DNA from: Carpediemonas membranifera BICM
Taxonomy: Eukaryota > Protista > Fornicata
Direction: 5' to 3'
DNA: 64,000 nt
Assembly (NCBI GenBank): GCA_019828565.1
Contig: JAHDYR010000017.1
Coordinates: 62,001-126,000 of the forward strand
A program made the position numbers and the translations under genes. Numbering within the stretch: position 1 is the stretch's first letter; every line of letters starts with the position of its first letter. This document shows, piece after piece, positions 34,137-47,685 of the stretch. A model generated the notes under the pieces. The model saw nothing but the letters and a program-made list of their open reading frames with translations, was not told the origin of the DNA and searched no databases.

Positions 34137-34453
34137 CCAGCTTAACCTTAGCATGGTCGGGCTCGACGACTAGGCCGAGCTCTTTGACGAGGGATTGGGA
34201 TATAAAGTCGGCAGAGGCCCCTGTGTCATAAAGGAACGCCAACACTCTCCCCAGGATGCCCACCTCGCCAATGGGTCTGTTGTCGCGGTCCTCCGCGACC
34301 AAAGCATTAAGATGAACGTACTTCTGCCCCTTTACTCCCTCACGCTCGTCACGCTTACGCTTCCAACACGTATCAGCAGTGTGACCCTTGCGCTGGCAGT
34401 ACTCACAAGCAGTTTCCGACTTCTCCTTAGCCTTAGTCATCGTTGCGGAGGTC
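34137..34453 (-). mobile_element. Gypsy-A gag/protease fragment
   Basis: CEYCQRKGHTADTC zinc knuckle and LYDTGAS; identical to 51015..51331. Confidence 0.9.
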
Positions 34454-34987
34454 TGTCATGACGACCTCATTTAATGATCAGTCTTATTTGGTCAATGATC
34501 TCAAACCTGCTTCTAAATTTCACTCTCTCAATTGTTTGGGTACCACAGTAATTACTGCATGCATTTACCTGAAACAAAACTCAACAACGCCCCGTTCCTG
34601 CGAAAGGCCACCACCAAGTCGTGGTATACTTTCCGTCAAGACTACGAGCAGTATGCTGCCCGTGAAGCCGATCCGATCGTTGCCTTTGACCTAATCGAAA
34701 CGCAGGTCCTAGAGGTTCTTAAGATCCGAATCCCTGAACTTGAGGGGTTCCTTGAGTACGCTAATGAAACGCCGGATGAAGAGCCGGCCGATACCTCTGA
34801 ACTCAACGAGGCCTTTATCACCATGGTAGACGAGCTGATGCAGCCTCTGGATGAGGTGGACGCTTTAGATCGCTTTAAGGACTTGTCGTGCGGCTCTGAG
34901 GGTAACCTCATTGACAACATGGCCGCGTATGCCCTGGCGTATAAGCGTCAAGTTCGTAACTGTTGTAAGGTTCGGCCCACGGAGAAG
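34454..34987 (+). mobile_element. Gypsy-A 5' LTR (34454..34547, 94 bp) plus truncated gag
   Basis: TGTCATG..TACCACA LTR identical to 42778..42871; gag starts MHLPETKL. Confidence 0.9.
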
Positions 34988-34989
34988 TT

Positions 34990-35503
34990 AAGTTATCGTA
35001 CTGTCACACCATTTTGAACTCATCAAATATTGAGCGTACAATATCACGTAAAGGGGGCGTTCTGGAGGAAATGACGCACACAATACCGTTGCTTTAGCAC
35101 TAGTTTGATATTGAAGGTTCACTTTCAAGACTTTTTGCGTGGTCACCTTTGGAAGGTGACAGTGCAACACCCGAAATTTTGTCTATACACGTCATATACA
35201 AGGTCTAATGCATCTTTGCCAACCACTTTTAGCGTTTGTATGTGTCAGACGATCGAGTTCTGAAGAGCGACTTTGGCCAAGTCATGCGACCTTATCCTGC
35301 ACTGACGATACGGAAAACGATCATAAATATTTTTTGTGACATCGACATGCGCTAATAATGTTTCCAGAGGTAGAACTAGGCTAGTAGAAGACTGTCACCC
35401 ACTTTGGGGATGATCCGACGACATCGATCAAAATCAATCAAGGATTCCGGGACTTGATTCTGGGACTTTAAGTCCCGGTTAGAGTACCGGAAAACGCAGC
35501 ATG
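34990..35503 (-). mobile_element. Isolated left-end fragment of the CATGC transposon (chimeric)
   Basis: Terminal part identical to the 7528 end including the GGccactgg junction; inner part matches 10199..10373. Confidence 0.85.
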
Positions 35504-36244
35504 GGCCACTGGTACGATTTACAACTCACCCGGCATTGTTAAGTTGAGTGCAGATTTTGGAGTGTTGCCATCTACTGGGCGGAGAACTCAAGCTGCTCTC
35601 AATTTGCGGGTGCTACCCGGGCTGAAGCCGACATTAGTTATGGGAATATCGACATTAAGTGCGTTGGGGCTAATCACGATCGTCAAGCCGACGATGGAGA
35701 ATTCTGGAGAGCCACACTTCGCGGAGCTTGATGAAGATGAAGTAGACGAGACGTTATTTACCCTTGCTGAAGCGGAGCACGAACTACAGATACGTAGCTT
35801 CCCTGAAGAGACTAATACCATCCTAAGCAAGTACAAAGACGTTCTCGGCGACATTTCGCAGCCAGCAGACGTTCCACCCTTCGAACTGGTTTTTACAAAC
35901 CAGAAGGTTATCAACATCCCTCCATACCACGTCTCGGCTGAAGAAAGAGAGGATATGCAGCGCCAGACGGCGCAGCTGGAGGATCTGAATGTGATTGAGG
36001 AGTCTACGAGCAACTATAACAATCCTACGGTGCTTGTATGGAAGCGCGATCGCACCCGCAGGCTCTGCTTGGACTTTCGGCGCCTTAACGACGCGACGGA
36101 GGACTTCGATCACGACCTCCCTATCATTGACGATCTGGTAGCAAGACTAGAGGGTAAGACCCTCTTCGCTAAGCTGGACCTAAGCAAGGCCTTTCACCAG
36201 ATTCCTATGACCAAGAGCTCACGCAGACTAACGGCGTTTACAGT

Positions 36245-39200
36245 TGTTGGGCAATTTTAGTTATAACCATTTTTGCCCTTGATCGGGTTTCGAATAAACC
36301 TCACTTCGTCATTAGTTCTCTTTATTTGGCCACAGTAAGCTTACTCACCGCCATGGACTATCAAACGATTTCAGCCCCTTTTCTCAACGACATTCGTTCC
36401 GAAACGGCCTTCTGCAGCTTCAACGACAAGTTCGAGGCCTATTCCGCCCAAGTTCCCGACGACAGAGCACTATCTGTCCGTATGCTCATTTCCAGCCGTG
36501 TTTTACGCCTGATCCGCCTTCGCATTGACAACTTTGACGACCTTCCAGATGAAAACGTCCTGTCGGCGATCTACTCCGCTTTCTTCGCTCCCAAGAGCAC
36601 TCAGGCCGTTCTGTCTAAGCTGGAAGCAACCACCATGTCCTCCACGACGGCCAGCAACAGCGCTCTGCTCGCCTACCTCGACAGGTTCGACCGCGTCGAG
36701 GACCTCTGTTCCACTTACCTCCCCCGACGAGAAGACACTACGCCGCACTTTCATCCGCGGACTGTCCCCAGATTCACTGCGCCGCCGGGTCAAGGCCTCC
36801 GAACCTGAGACGCTCGCCGACGCCAAGCGTGCCGCCTTCCAAGAGGTCGAGACCTTGGCTGAGGCCAAGCGCACCATCGCCGAGTTCGGTCAGCCCGAGG
36901 TCCCGCGCCCTCAGGCCACACGTCCGCCTCCGAGCTTCCACCCCACTCGTCCTCACGCTACCGCAGCGCCTGCTCCCCACTTCCCATCCAACAAACCAGA
37001 CAACCATAAGCCTGCCGGTACCCCTGCCAAGCCGCAGCCTGTCTGCCATGGATGCGGCCTCTCCGGCCACCTTAGGCCTGACTGCCCCAACAAGTCCAAG
37101 CCCGGCTTCTTCGCTACGGGCCGCCGGACGACGCCCATCTCTCTGAAGATGGCAACAAGCGGACCAGTCATGCGCCTCAGCACCAACGTACGAGCCGTCG
37201 CGCCCGTCGGCTCCCCTGCTCCCCAGAGCACCGACCGCGTCGACGCCCTGGTCGACACAGGCGCCTCCTCATCCTTCATCAGCCCAGTGCTGGCCAAGTC
37301 TCTGGGCCTGGTCATGATCCCTGATGAGCTCAAGATAAGCACGGCCAATGGCATCGCCACGTCTGCCCATCGCACGCTCCTTGACATCAAGGTCAACAGG
37401 TCTCCCCACTCAGTCGGAGGTACTATCAGCGCCCACGTCCTCAACACCGGTGAGCCCCTCATCCTTGGGTTCGACGTGATCCAAACGTTCAACCTACTGG
37501 CTCCTCCCGCGACTGAGCCTCAGGACCTCGGCGAGGTTACACCCCTTGACGAAGATGGCCAGATCGAGCTCGATGAAAACGTCGCAGCCCTCGCTCGCGA
37601 GTTCGAAGACATCTTCGGTCCCATCCCTCGTGAGCCTGCCAAGGTTCAGCCTATGGAGATCGCCGTCACGGACGAAACTCCGACCCACGTTCCCCCTCGC
37701 CGGCTCTCCCCGGCCATGACTGAGGTCATCGATCGAGAGGTCGAGGCCCTCCTTGAGGCTGGCATCATCCGCCTATCGGAGTCGGCTTACTCCGCCCCTT
37801 GCTTCGTCGTGCCAAAGACGAACGGTGAACATAGGATGGTCGTAGACTACCGCCTCCTCAACTCAGTCAGCCGCGACTTCCGATTCCCCCTGCAGAACAT
37901 TAAGTCCATCTTGTCTCGCCTGAATGGCAGCAAGTACTTCACCACGCTTGACCTGCGCAGTGGCTACCACCAGTTCCCCCTCGACGCAACAGCTGTTCCT
38001 CGGACTGCATTTGCCACGCACAACGGCCTGTACGAGTTCGTTAGAGTCCCCTTCGGTCTCAAGAACGCGCCTTCCTACTTCCAGCGAGGCATGATGCGGA
38101 TCTTAGCTCCACTCTTGGGCCGCGGGGTCGAGTGCTACCTTGATGATGTCATCGTACACGCGTCTACGATCGAGGGCCACAACTCCCTTCTGCATCAGGT
38201 CTTCGAACTCGTCCGCGCCCACAACTTACGCCTGAAGCTGAGCAAGTGCGTCTTCCTCCGCACCGAGCTCGAGTTCGTCGGCCACACGGTCTGCTCACAG
38301 GGCATCAGCATCTCCAGCTGGCGCAAGGAATCCCTCGGCTCAATGACCGTTCCGTCAAACCCCTCCGAGCTGCGAAGCTTCTGCGGTCTCGCGAACTATT
38401 ACCGTGACCATGTCGCAGATTTCGCCCGTATCATGGCTCCCCTGTACGACCTCTGCGGCTCCAAGACCGTTTTCGAGTGGGGTGAGTCCGAACAGACTGC
38501 TTGGGACACCGTCAAGCGCGCTATCGTCCAGGCACCCCTCCTATCTTTCCCAGACTACTCGAAGCCCCTGGTGATCAAGACCGACGCTTCTTCGCTCGGC
38601 TGTGGCGCTCTCCTCGCGCAGCAAGATCCCGTCTCCGGCAAGGAGGCACCTGTCGCCTTCGTCTCGCGCCGCTTCACGATGACTGAGTCAGCTTGGGCCA
38701 CGATCGAGCAAGAAGCATATGGAATCTTCTTCGCCATCACCAAGTTCGATCCGTGCATCCGAGGCCAGTTCTTCGAGGTCCAGACCGATCATAAGAACTT
38801 GATCTACATGTCGCGCAGTGAGACCCCGAAGGTCGTGCGCTGGAGCCTCCGTCTCCAAGAGTATGTCTTCGTGATTCATCACATCCCCGGCCTCGACAAC
38901 GCGGCCGCAGATGTCCTCTCTCGCTGTCTCAAGGCTGTCACTTCCCTGTCTGACCATCATGTGGACATTGAGTCCGTGCATGGTCCCTTCGCCGGCCATA
39001 TGGGCGCCGTGACCACCATGGAGCGCCTCAAGCTCCGCGGCATCGAATGGACCAACATGCTGGATGACATCAAGGGCTTTATTGCCTCATGCCCCATCTG
39101 TCAGAAGGTCCGCGAGACAGCCAAGAAGACGACTTCTACCCTGCGTCCTACGTTCTCCTCTGACCCGTTCGTGGCCGTCTCCATCGACACTATGGGTCCC

Positions 39201-40279
39201 TTCCCGGAGGATGACTTTGGTAACAAGTTTATCATCGTCACGGTTGACAACTTCTCACGCTTTACAGAGCTATTCGCTGTCCCTTCAACTTCCTCCGAGT
39301 CTGCCTGCCGCGCATTCATCCAGTTCGCCGGCCACTACGGATTCCCTCAGACCGTCCGCACTGATGGCGGCTCCCAGTTCACTGCCAAGCTCTTCAAGGA
39401 GATCTTGGCCTCCCTGCACGTGGCCCACACCGTCACGCTGCCCTACCACCACCGCGCGAACGGCCTAGTCGAGAGGGTCAACCGCGAGGTGAACCGTCAT
39501 CGTCGCCTTGACCTCTGAACTCAGACTCTCCTCCAAGTGGTCTCTGTACCTGCCCATGGTCCAACGCCTTCTTAACGCTACCACCAACTCTAGCATTGGC
39601 ACGTCACCCGCTGCCCTCGTCTTCGGCACCGCCGTCAACCTCGACCGCAGCATCATCGACGTAGTGTCACAGGGAGAGGGAGAGCACCCAGACATCGTCC
39701 AAATCCAGGAGATCCTCGTTCAAGCAGCCCGCCTTAACCAGGATCAGACCTTCAACCCCGGCCCTTCAACCTCGGACGTCTTTGCCATCGGCGACCAGGT
39801 CTTAGTAACCTACCCGACGCGTCCCGACAGCAAGTTGACCCCCAAGCTCATGGGCCCCTACACCATAACTTCCCGCTCGAACGACATTTACGAGGTTATC
39901 AATCCTGCGACTCGTCGCACCCAGACCTATCACGCCACACGCCTCCGCCGCTTCGTCTCCAATGGCCTCCTCACTGACATCGAGCTCGTCGCCATGGACG
40001 AGAACTCCTACCTTGTACAAGAGATCCTGGCCCACCGTGGCGGCCCCAACAAGACCTCCTTCGAGTTTCTCATCCGCTGGGATGGCTATGGTGCCGAGGA
40101 CGACCAATGGCTTCCCTACCTCGAGGTCCCTGACCTCGAGGCTCTCGACTATTATCTCGAGTGTCACCCACTCTTCTAAGAGAGAGAAGTGTTGGGCAAT
40201 TTTAGTTATAACCATTTTTGCCCTTGATCGGGTTTCGAATAAACCTCACTTCGTCATTAGTTCTCTTTATTTGGCCACA
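36245..40279 (+). mobile_element. Full-length chromodomain Ty3/Gypsy element, family B, with 90-bp LTRs and CAGT TSD
   Basis: Identical LTRs 36245..36334 and 40190..40279; TSD CAGT at 36241..36244 and 40280..40283; PPT AAGAGAGAGAAG. Confidence 0.95.
36353..40179 (+). CDS. Gypsy-B gag-pol-chromodomain (two apparent frameshifts)
   Basis: CHGCGLSGHLRPDC knuckle, LVDTGAS, YLDD, KTDAS, integrase, YLVQEILAHR..LIRWDGY. Confidence 0.9.
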
Positions 40280-42871
40280 CAGTTGGGAAGCGTAAGTACC
40301 AGTACAAGCGTTTAGCTTTCGGACTCAAAGGGGCCGCAGCCTTCTGTCAGAAGACCCTCGAATCCGTACTGGGCGATGCACTGTGGACACGGTGTCTCGC
40401 ATATGTAGACGACATAGTAATATTCGGAGAGAACCAGAGAGAGTACCTCGGCAATCTGGACTATGTCTTGAGAAAGCTCAACTCGGCCAAGTTGAAGCTG
40501 AATCTGTCCAAGTCTGAGTTCGGACTGACAGAAATAGAATACTTGGGCTGGCTTGTGAATGGCGACGGCAAGCGAATCGCGCCTGACCGCCTAGAAGGCA
40601 TCGACCGCCTAACCAGCCCGAGAGATGTTGCCGGAGTCAGAACCTTACTCGGGTTCACGAACTATTTTAGCCATATGATTCCGAACTACGGCAATATGAT
40701 GGAGCCAGTCCTGGCTCTGACGAGAGCCAAGGAAGAGTTCCGTTGGGAGAAGGCCCAACAAGATGCCCTAGTCGACATCAAAGCGACCCTATCTCAGAAC
40801 AACATGTTAAGTCACCCCAAGCGTGGCTGCCAATTAATCCTACAAACCGACGCGAGTGACTACGCTGTCGGGGCAGTTTTGTTACAGATCGAAGACGGGG
40901 AGGAGCGTCCGATTGCTTTCTATTCCAAGACACTATCGGATGTTCAAAGAAGGTGGAGCACCTATGAAAAGGAAGGCTTCGGCATTTATTACGCTATGAT
41001 CAAGGCCGAGCGGTTCCTAGTAGGCAGGCCGTTTACTGTGAGAACGGACCACCGGAATTTGCTGTATATCGCGACAAGCACGAACGCTAAGGTAACTAGA
41101 TGGCGCATGGCACTGGAAAGGTTCGACTATTCCGTCGTACACGTGCCTGGTCAAGCGAACGGTGCTGCCGACGCGCTATCTCGCCTATGCGGTGCAACAG
41201 TCGAGGCAGATGATCACGCCACGTGGATCTCCGAGGTTCACGGAGGCATACACGGCCATCTCGGAGCGAGAGCGACGGTGAACAAGCTTATATCGCTCGG
41301 TAGGAGGTGGAGGGGCATGTATAAGGACGCAGAGGAGTTTGTCCAGTCGTGTCCTGTGTGCCAGGTCACGCGCAAGACGGCCAAGCCCGTCCAACACTTG
41401 CGCCACCGTACGGCAGGTCGCCTGCCGTTTGATGTCGTGCAGGTAGACACGATCGGACCCATCGCGGAGAGCGAGGGTCTGCGGTACGTGTGCGTGTTAA
41501 TTGACACGTACTCGAAGCTAACTATGCTGGTCCCCACGCGTTCGACGGACGCAGATGCCGCGGCAGGGGCAATTTTGGCCTGGGTGGGTCACTACGGAAT
41601 TCCCCGGGTGATTCACAGCGACGGGGGCAGCCAGTATAGAAATAAGCTGATTGACGCTCTAATGGAAAGGCTCGGGTCGCAACATCACGTCGGCACGCCT
41701 TACCGCCCGGGTTCTCAAGGAATAGTTGAGAGGGTCAACGCCGAGGTTAAGAGGCATCTAGAGACGCTAATGCTCGATCTGCAGGAGTTTAGATGGACAC
41801 GGCTACTACCTTTGGCTCAGTACATCATTAATTCAACATCTGTGGCCAGGACAGGCCTATCGCCACGGAATTTGCTTTATAACCAAGACGTGGTCGTAAG
41901 ACCAGAAGAGATCATGAGCAATGAGAGCAAGATGCCATTTGAGGCCTTCAAGCGCAGCCTGGAACTACAGAGAGTCATCCAAGACCAGGCGCTGCAACAA
42001 CAAACACCATCAGAAGCATCGCACGTGGCCCTATCGAACAAGCCAGTGCTGGTAACGACCACTGTCGGCCGCCGCACGAAGCTGGCTGGGCCAATGTGTT
42101 GCCAGGGACCCGCAGAGTCGCCGAACGTTTACTTCGTGGAGAACCTGACGACAGGCGTAGTGGCTAAGGTCCATGCCGAGCGTCTAAGACATTTTGAGTC
42201 TGACGCGACAAGGGCTGAGTTGACACGGCTCGCGGCCCAGAGAGTTGACGAATATGTCGTAGAAGCGATCGACTCTCACAAATTTGAGGACGGCGTCCTT
42301 CACCTACATGTGCTGTGGGAGGGGTACCTCGAGGAAGAGGCGACATGGGAACGCTTCAACGCCGACCTTGATGAACTTAGGGCGTTTGAGGAGTACCTCG
42401 CAGACAAACCGAGTTTGCGCAGAAAACTCCGAGGTCAAAGGAAATTAGCTTCCTATAGGCAGCGCTAATAACCAACGGCTCATCAAAAAGCCATTTTGGG
42501 GTTTTGCCCAGTTGGTGACCGCAGCCTAGGGGGGGAAGAGCAGAACGTTGGAATCTAGTTACTGATATTGGTTATTTCTTATGTTCTACACCATTCTGTG
42601 CGCTATTTGTTCGTTTAGAACAGCGTTCTTCAGACTATTGTGCTCAATTGCGTTTTTGACTTCACTGGAGTCGGTCTGGCGGGTTTTGCATTTCGCCGGA
42701 CTTGAACCGTTAGAATTTTTGCTGACGGTTGGGAGGCACGTTTGAGCTTGTGGACGGGTTGGGATCATGGGGGGAAGTGTCATGACGACCTCATTTAATG
42801 ATCAGTCTTATTTGGTCAATGATCTCAAACCTGCTTCTAAATTTCACTCTCTCAATTGTTTGGGTACCACA

Positions 42872-45800
42872 GTGGGGAAACCACTTTTGGTATAGCTGTC
42901 CGTCCCTCCACTCTCCTTCGGCCGCAGCCAGCCGGGTCGTGCCGTTCCTGACCCCTGTTCCGTCCACTTCGTAACCCTTCCGGTATCCACCGGTCACGAC
43001 ACTGGCCGGGGGGGCTGCAGGCGTACCGTGCAGTGGGTCCCCATCTACCGTCCGATGCTGTCCGTGGGTGCGCCCCTCCCAAGTTGTGTCAGTCCCTGGG
43101 GTGGCTATGTGTCCCTTGGGCTCACAGGGTTTCTCTACCGGGTACCTTTTCTTAGGTCATAACTCCACTTTCTTTTTGTCAGAAGGGTCTGGTCGCAGCC
43201 TTGGCTGAGCCAGCGATGTCCCAGGGGTATTCTCCATTTCCGTCCGTGCTTCCCCTCCAGTGTAGTGCACCTACCTGTACTGTAAGTTTCCTTGCCTACT
43301 GGGTAGGGTCCTCCGTGGTGTCCCCCACAAGTAGGGTGTCTTGTCCATGTGTCCGATCTAGTCCAGTCCTATTTGTTCGCCTACCTTCCCCAGTCCTTTC
43401 ATGCCTTCCTCCAGTCCCTTCCAGATTTCATCCTTGTTCCAGGCCATCAAGCTGTGGAGCTCCAGGATGGGTCTGTCCTTATACCATCCGAACCCGGCCC
43501 TCCGTCTAAGCCTGCTCCCACTTGTTTCCCTCCTGGCTCTTTCTAGGAGAGCTGGCCATCTCGGGCCTCTGTCCACTGCTGGGCATTCACATCTGATATG
43601 CGATGCCGATCCCAGTCTGCTGTCCTCTGTCCACTTCCTGATCTTGTCCTCTCTCGCCTGTCCGGTGATATGGTTGTCCAGGATGTCCTGGAGAACTTCT
43701 ACTTCCGAGTTCAGTGTACAGAGCGGGCACAGTTTCCTTATGCTCACCTTGAGCTCCTCGTCCACTGCTAGGTCCGCTATGCTCCTGTATACTCCCTCCT
43801 TGCTTGACGATGGCGACGGGCTGACGTTGCTGGCCATTACCACCTTCCTCGTCCACTCCCCCCTCGTCTCTCCTTTTGTGATATTCCGTTTGGTTTGGGG
43901 TTTCCCCATGAGGGCCTTTCCTGCATTCCTTGCTCCGAGCCTTTCTATGAGGCTCTCTGCTGTCCGACTTTTGACTCTTTTTGCCAGTTTGATCCTTGCG
44001 TTCCTCTTGGCTAGGTCCAGTTTGGCTCCTAGAGTCCCCGGTGTCCCGTATTTGACTAGTCTCCTTGAATGTCTCGCGAGGTTCCCCAGTACTGTATCTC
44101 CGTCCCAGTTAATCCGTCTCGGACTTATTGGCATGTCGATGTCCTCTTCACTTGCCGTCAGGAAAATCCTGGCTGCGAGTAGTCCCATCTCTCCCTCAAA
44201 GTCCATCCATCAGTTTGGAGCTCTTGCCGCTGAGCCTCCTCCTGGGCCCGCTCCTGAGAGAATGCCCATCCAATCTGTCCATATTTTCCCCCCCGGTACT
44301 TGGCCCCACACTTCTATTCCGAATGCTATCCTTGGCCATATGTAGGTCTGGAGTAGCAGTCTGCTGGCTACTGCCGGCATGTCCTTCCGTGTCCATCCTG
44401 TCCTTCGTACCAGTTTCTTGTATTTCTCACTCTGCTCCATTTTCTTGGCTATGCACGCCTTGAGGGGGTCCCTTCCGCTTGATATCCACAGTCCTAGGTA
44501 CCTTTCACTCTCGCTAGCTTTGAGTGGGGTGCCTCCTAGTGTGATTTCCATGTCCTTGTCTCTTGCAATCAGTACGTTCTTGTCCAAGTTGATCCTCATC
44601 TCGTGCGCTTCGACCACTTGGATGGCGATGTTGGATATCACCTCCGTATTTGTCTTTCCGTTCCCTGTGATCGCAGTGTCATCTACGAACATTGTGATCT
44701 TTGCTGGGAGTTTCTCTCTGTATTTGTCCGGGGCCGGTTCAGGCAGCATGTCCACTGTGGCTGGTAGTCCTTGATGTAACTTCCGTATCATCGTTGGCCA
44801 GTTGGCCATGAATAGTACAAAGAGCATGGGGGCGAGGACGCACCCCTGCTTTACGCCAGTGTTCGTCCTCTCCCACCTCTCCGCTCCGTCCACTGTGATC
44901 CACGATTCCTCCAATGTGCCTCGAACTGCCCTTACTAATTGCGGGGCGACTCCCATCCTCACTAGCTTCCTGACTAACATGTCCCTTGGGACTGTGTTGT
45001 ATGCCTTAGCTATGTCCAAAATGACTGTAGCCGCATCGTCCAATGTCTGGTGCAGTTGTACTACGTGCATGATCTGGTTTGTGACCTGTTTCCTTCCCTG
45101 GAAACCGGCCTGCTCCATTGGTAGGTATTTGTCCGCCGTATCCTGCAGTCTTCCTTTTAGGAGCCTTCCATATACCCTGTATAACAGGGGTGTGAGTGAG
45201 ATTGGTCTGAACGACGCTGTCTCCATTTTGTCCTTCCCCACCTTGTGGATTGGGGACACGGTTGCGTATCTCCACGTGGTCGGCATCTTCCGTAGACCTC
45301 ATTCATGAGTGTTGTGACTTGTCTTATTCCCTGTTTTGGTAACCTCCTGAGTCTAGCTGCCGACATTCCATCCGGTCCTACTGCTGTGTCCGCCTTCATC
45401 CCGCTTATCGCCTTCCGTACCTCATCTTCCGTAAACTTGTCAATCGGCCTCTGCAATAGTTCGAGTGGTTCCCACTCCGGTTCTCTACCTTTGCTGATGC
45501 CTGCGAACTGTCCGAGTAGGGCTCCTGCTATTTTCCCTTTGTCCGTTGTCAGTGCTCCTCCTACTTTGAGGACCTTCGGGGGGCCTCTGTACTGGGATTC
45601 ACCCCACCATCGCTGAATTGCTCCGTCCACCATGGCCCTTGTGACCTTATACCCTTCCTTTGTACTGAGTTCTATTTCCTTAATCCACTGTTCTCTGCTC
45701 TCCTCCCTGCGTTGTTGGACCGCCTCGTTCATTCTGTCTTGCATCCTTCTTGCTCCCTCCTTGTTCCAGGGCAGCCTTCCGAGTGTAGTCCATAGGTCCT

Positions 45801-46519
45801 CCGGGAGGACTAGCTCCCTCTCTCTCCTCTTGGCTTCTCTCGGGCAGGGTCTGTCCATTATTTCCTTCCTCAGGATCCTCTCCCATATTTCCGTGCTTTT
45901 TCGTCCGCCCATCCTCGCCAGTTCTGTAAAGCTTTTTGTTTTGAATTTTGTCCACTCTTGTTCTGAGTCGGGTGGTCTATCCGACCATACCGCGCTCCCG
46001 CCAAGCTTCCTATTGGTTTGGGTTCGCTGCCCCCTCCTGCGCGTTCGTTCTGGCCACTGCACAATCATTCCGTCGTGAGCCGACCCCCACACTCCCAGAT
46101 GTCCTGATGGGATGTTCAACACTGTCGCCCTTGCCATCCCTTTCGTGTGCATGATGAAGTCCGGGGTGGTTCCGGTCGATGGGATTGTGGCATCCGCCGG
46201 GGCCTTGACTGTCAGTTCCATGTCCTCTATGAAGTTCTTCCATCTGGTTTTCCTCCCTACCTCTTTTGGGTTCTGGTAGTCTCCGATGAGGATGGCTTCC
46301 ATGTCCCCTCTCGCTTCTAGTACCTTCCGTATGCTGGCCAGGAAATCCATCTCTTTGCTTGCTCCACTTGTCGGGCCGTACACATTGATGACTAGCACTG
46401 ACCTGCTACTGTGCACCACACTGGCTTGTACCCTTCCGTCTCGGGGGTCTGTGACTCCGAAATCCCATTCCGCGTTTGTGTGTGGTGAGATAATTGTTGT
46501 CAGTCCGCATCCATACTGT
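42872..46519 (-). mobile_element. Non-LTR retrotransposon (APE endonuclease, RT, C-terminal Cys/His domain), 5'-truncated and frameshifted
   Basis: INVYGP, LIGDY, TTPDFI (APE); GPDG, FRPISL, QAGF, LDIAKAY, GVKQGCVLAP, FVDD, YLG (RT); CPLC..HIRCEC. Confidence 0.9.
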
Positions 46520-46717
46520 TAAAAACGGGGTTTCGATGCCTGAGGAAATCATGAGGAAGTGAAAATGGCGATATCCGAAACTAGAACCCCTGAAGCCGAT
46601 TTAAATACTACAGCAGGTGCTTTATAGATGAATAACGCATATCTTACATCGTTGTCGAGCATTGCTTTGCTCATCGGCGAGTAAATAGGGAAACGCATTT
46701 TATGTAGTTGGTGAAAA

Positions 46718-47332
46718 GTGGTCGACATGACAAGCTGGTCTGTAAGCAAGCTCAGTACTACTGTTTATACATCCTCTCTTGGTTTCAGCTCTCAGCGATG
46801 TCTCAGTCGCTGGGTTCTATTGATTCAATCACACGATCTCAGCCGATTTTATGTCGACCCTAGCGATAGACGAAACCTACGCAATGCCGCACATGCCCAT
46901 TACCAAGCCCGTATGGGCTTTATCGTGTTTTCTACGGACGTGACTCGCCGCGATGCTCAAGTTTCAGACATATCAACGGAGCTGAGTGACCTCCAGAGTC
47001 GCTCTGACAACCTGATGAACATCTTGGAGCTGACGTCGATCCTCGACTACATCCGTGCTGGCTTCAACAACACCCAGGACTCCTACAAGTTTGTCAATCG
47101 ACTCTCAAGAAGGATGAACCTGCCTATACCGCGACACAAACCCGCCGGGGTCATACTCAAGGAGCTAAGGTGCAACATACTTCATGTCTCCGGTCTTCAT
47201 CAAGCTCTTACGCCCACTGAAACGCGTTTCCTGACTCATCTCGTACCGATTGAGACACGCATCAGCAACACCACAGGTCGCATGACCCGAGAAGGAGAGC
47301 TGACTCCTCTAGAGTGCACTAACACGATCAGC
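46718..47332 (+). CDS. Hypothetical ORF, truncated at a Gypsy-A junction
   Basis: Open frame of ~200 codons; no motif recognised. Confidence 0.3.
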
Positions 47333-47685
47333 CAAGCCCGTCCAACACTTGCGCCACCGTACGGCAGGTCGCCTGCCGTTTGATGTCGTGCAGGTAGACA
47401 CGATCGGACCCATCGCGGAGAGCGAGGGTCTGCGGTACGTGTGCGTGTTAATTGACACGTACTCGAAGCTAACTATGCTGGTCCCCACGCGTTCGACGGA
47501 CGCAGATGCCGCGGCAGGGGCAATTTTGGCCTGGGTGGGTCACTACGGAATTCCCCGGGTGATTCACAGCGACGGGGGCAGCCAGTATAGAAATAAGCTG
47601 ATTGACGCTCTAATGGAAAGGCTCGGGTCGCAACATCACGTCGGCACGCCTTACCGCCCGGGTTCTCAAGGAATAGTTGAGAGGG

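Larger units (their letters stand above)
35504..42871 (+). mobile_element. Gypsy-A pol through 3' LTR (42778..42871), interrupted by Gypsy-B
   Basis: ORFs 35544..36260 and 40468..42468 (RT, RNase H, integrase, chromodomain YVVEAIDSH..VLWEGY..TWE); PPT GGGGGGAAG. Confidence 0.95.

Noticed and set aside
46860-46905. RNLRNAAHAH as another HEPN motif
   Set aside because: Motif spacing is atypical and the ORF is truncated; support is insufficient.
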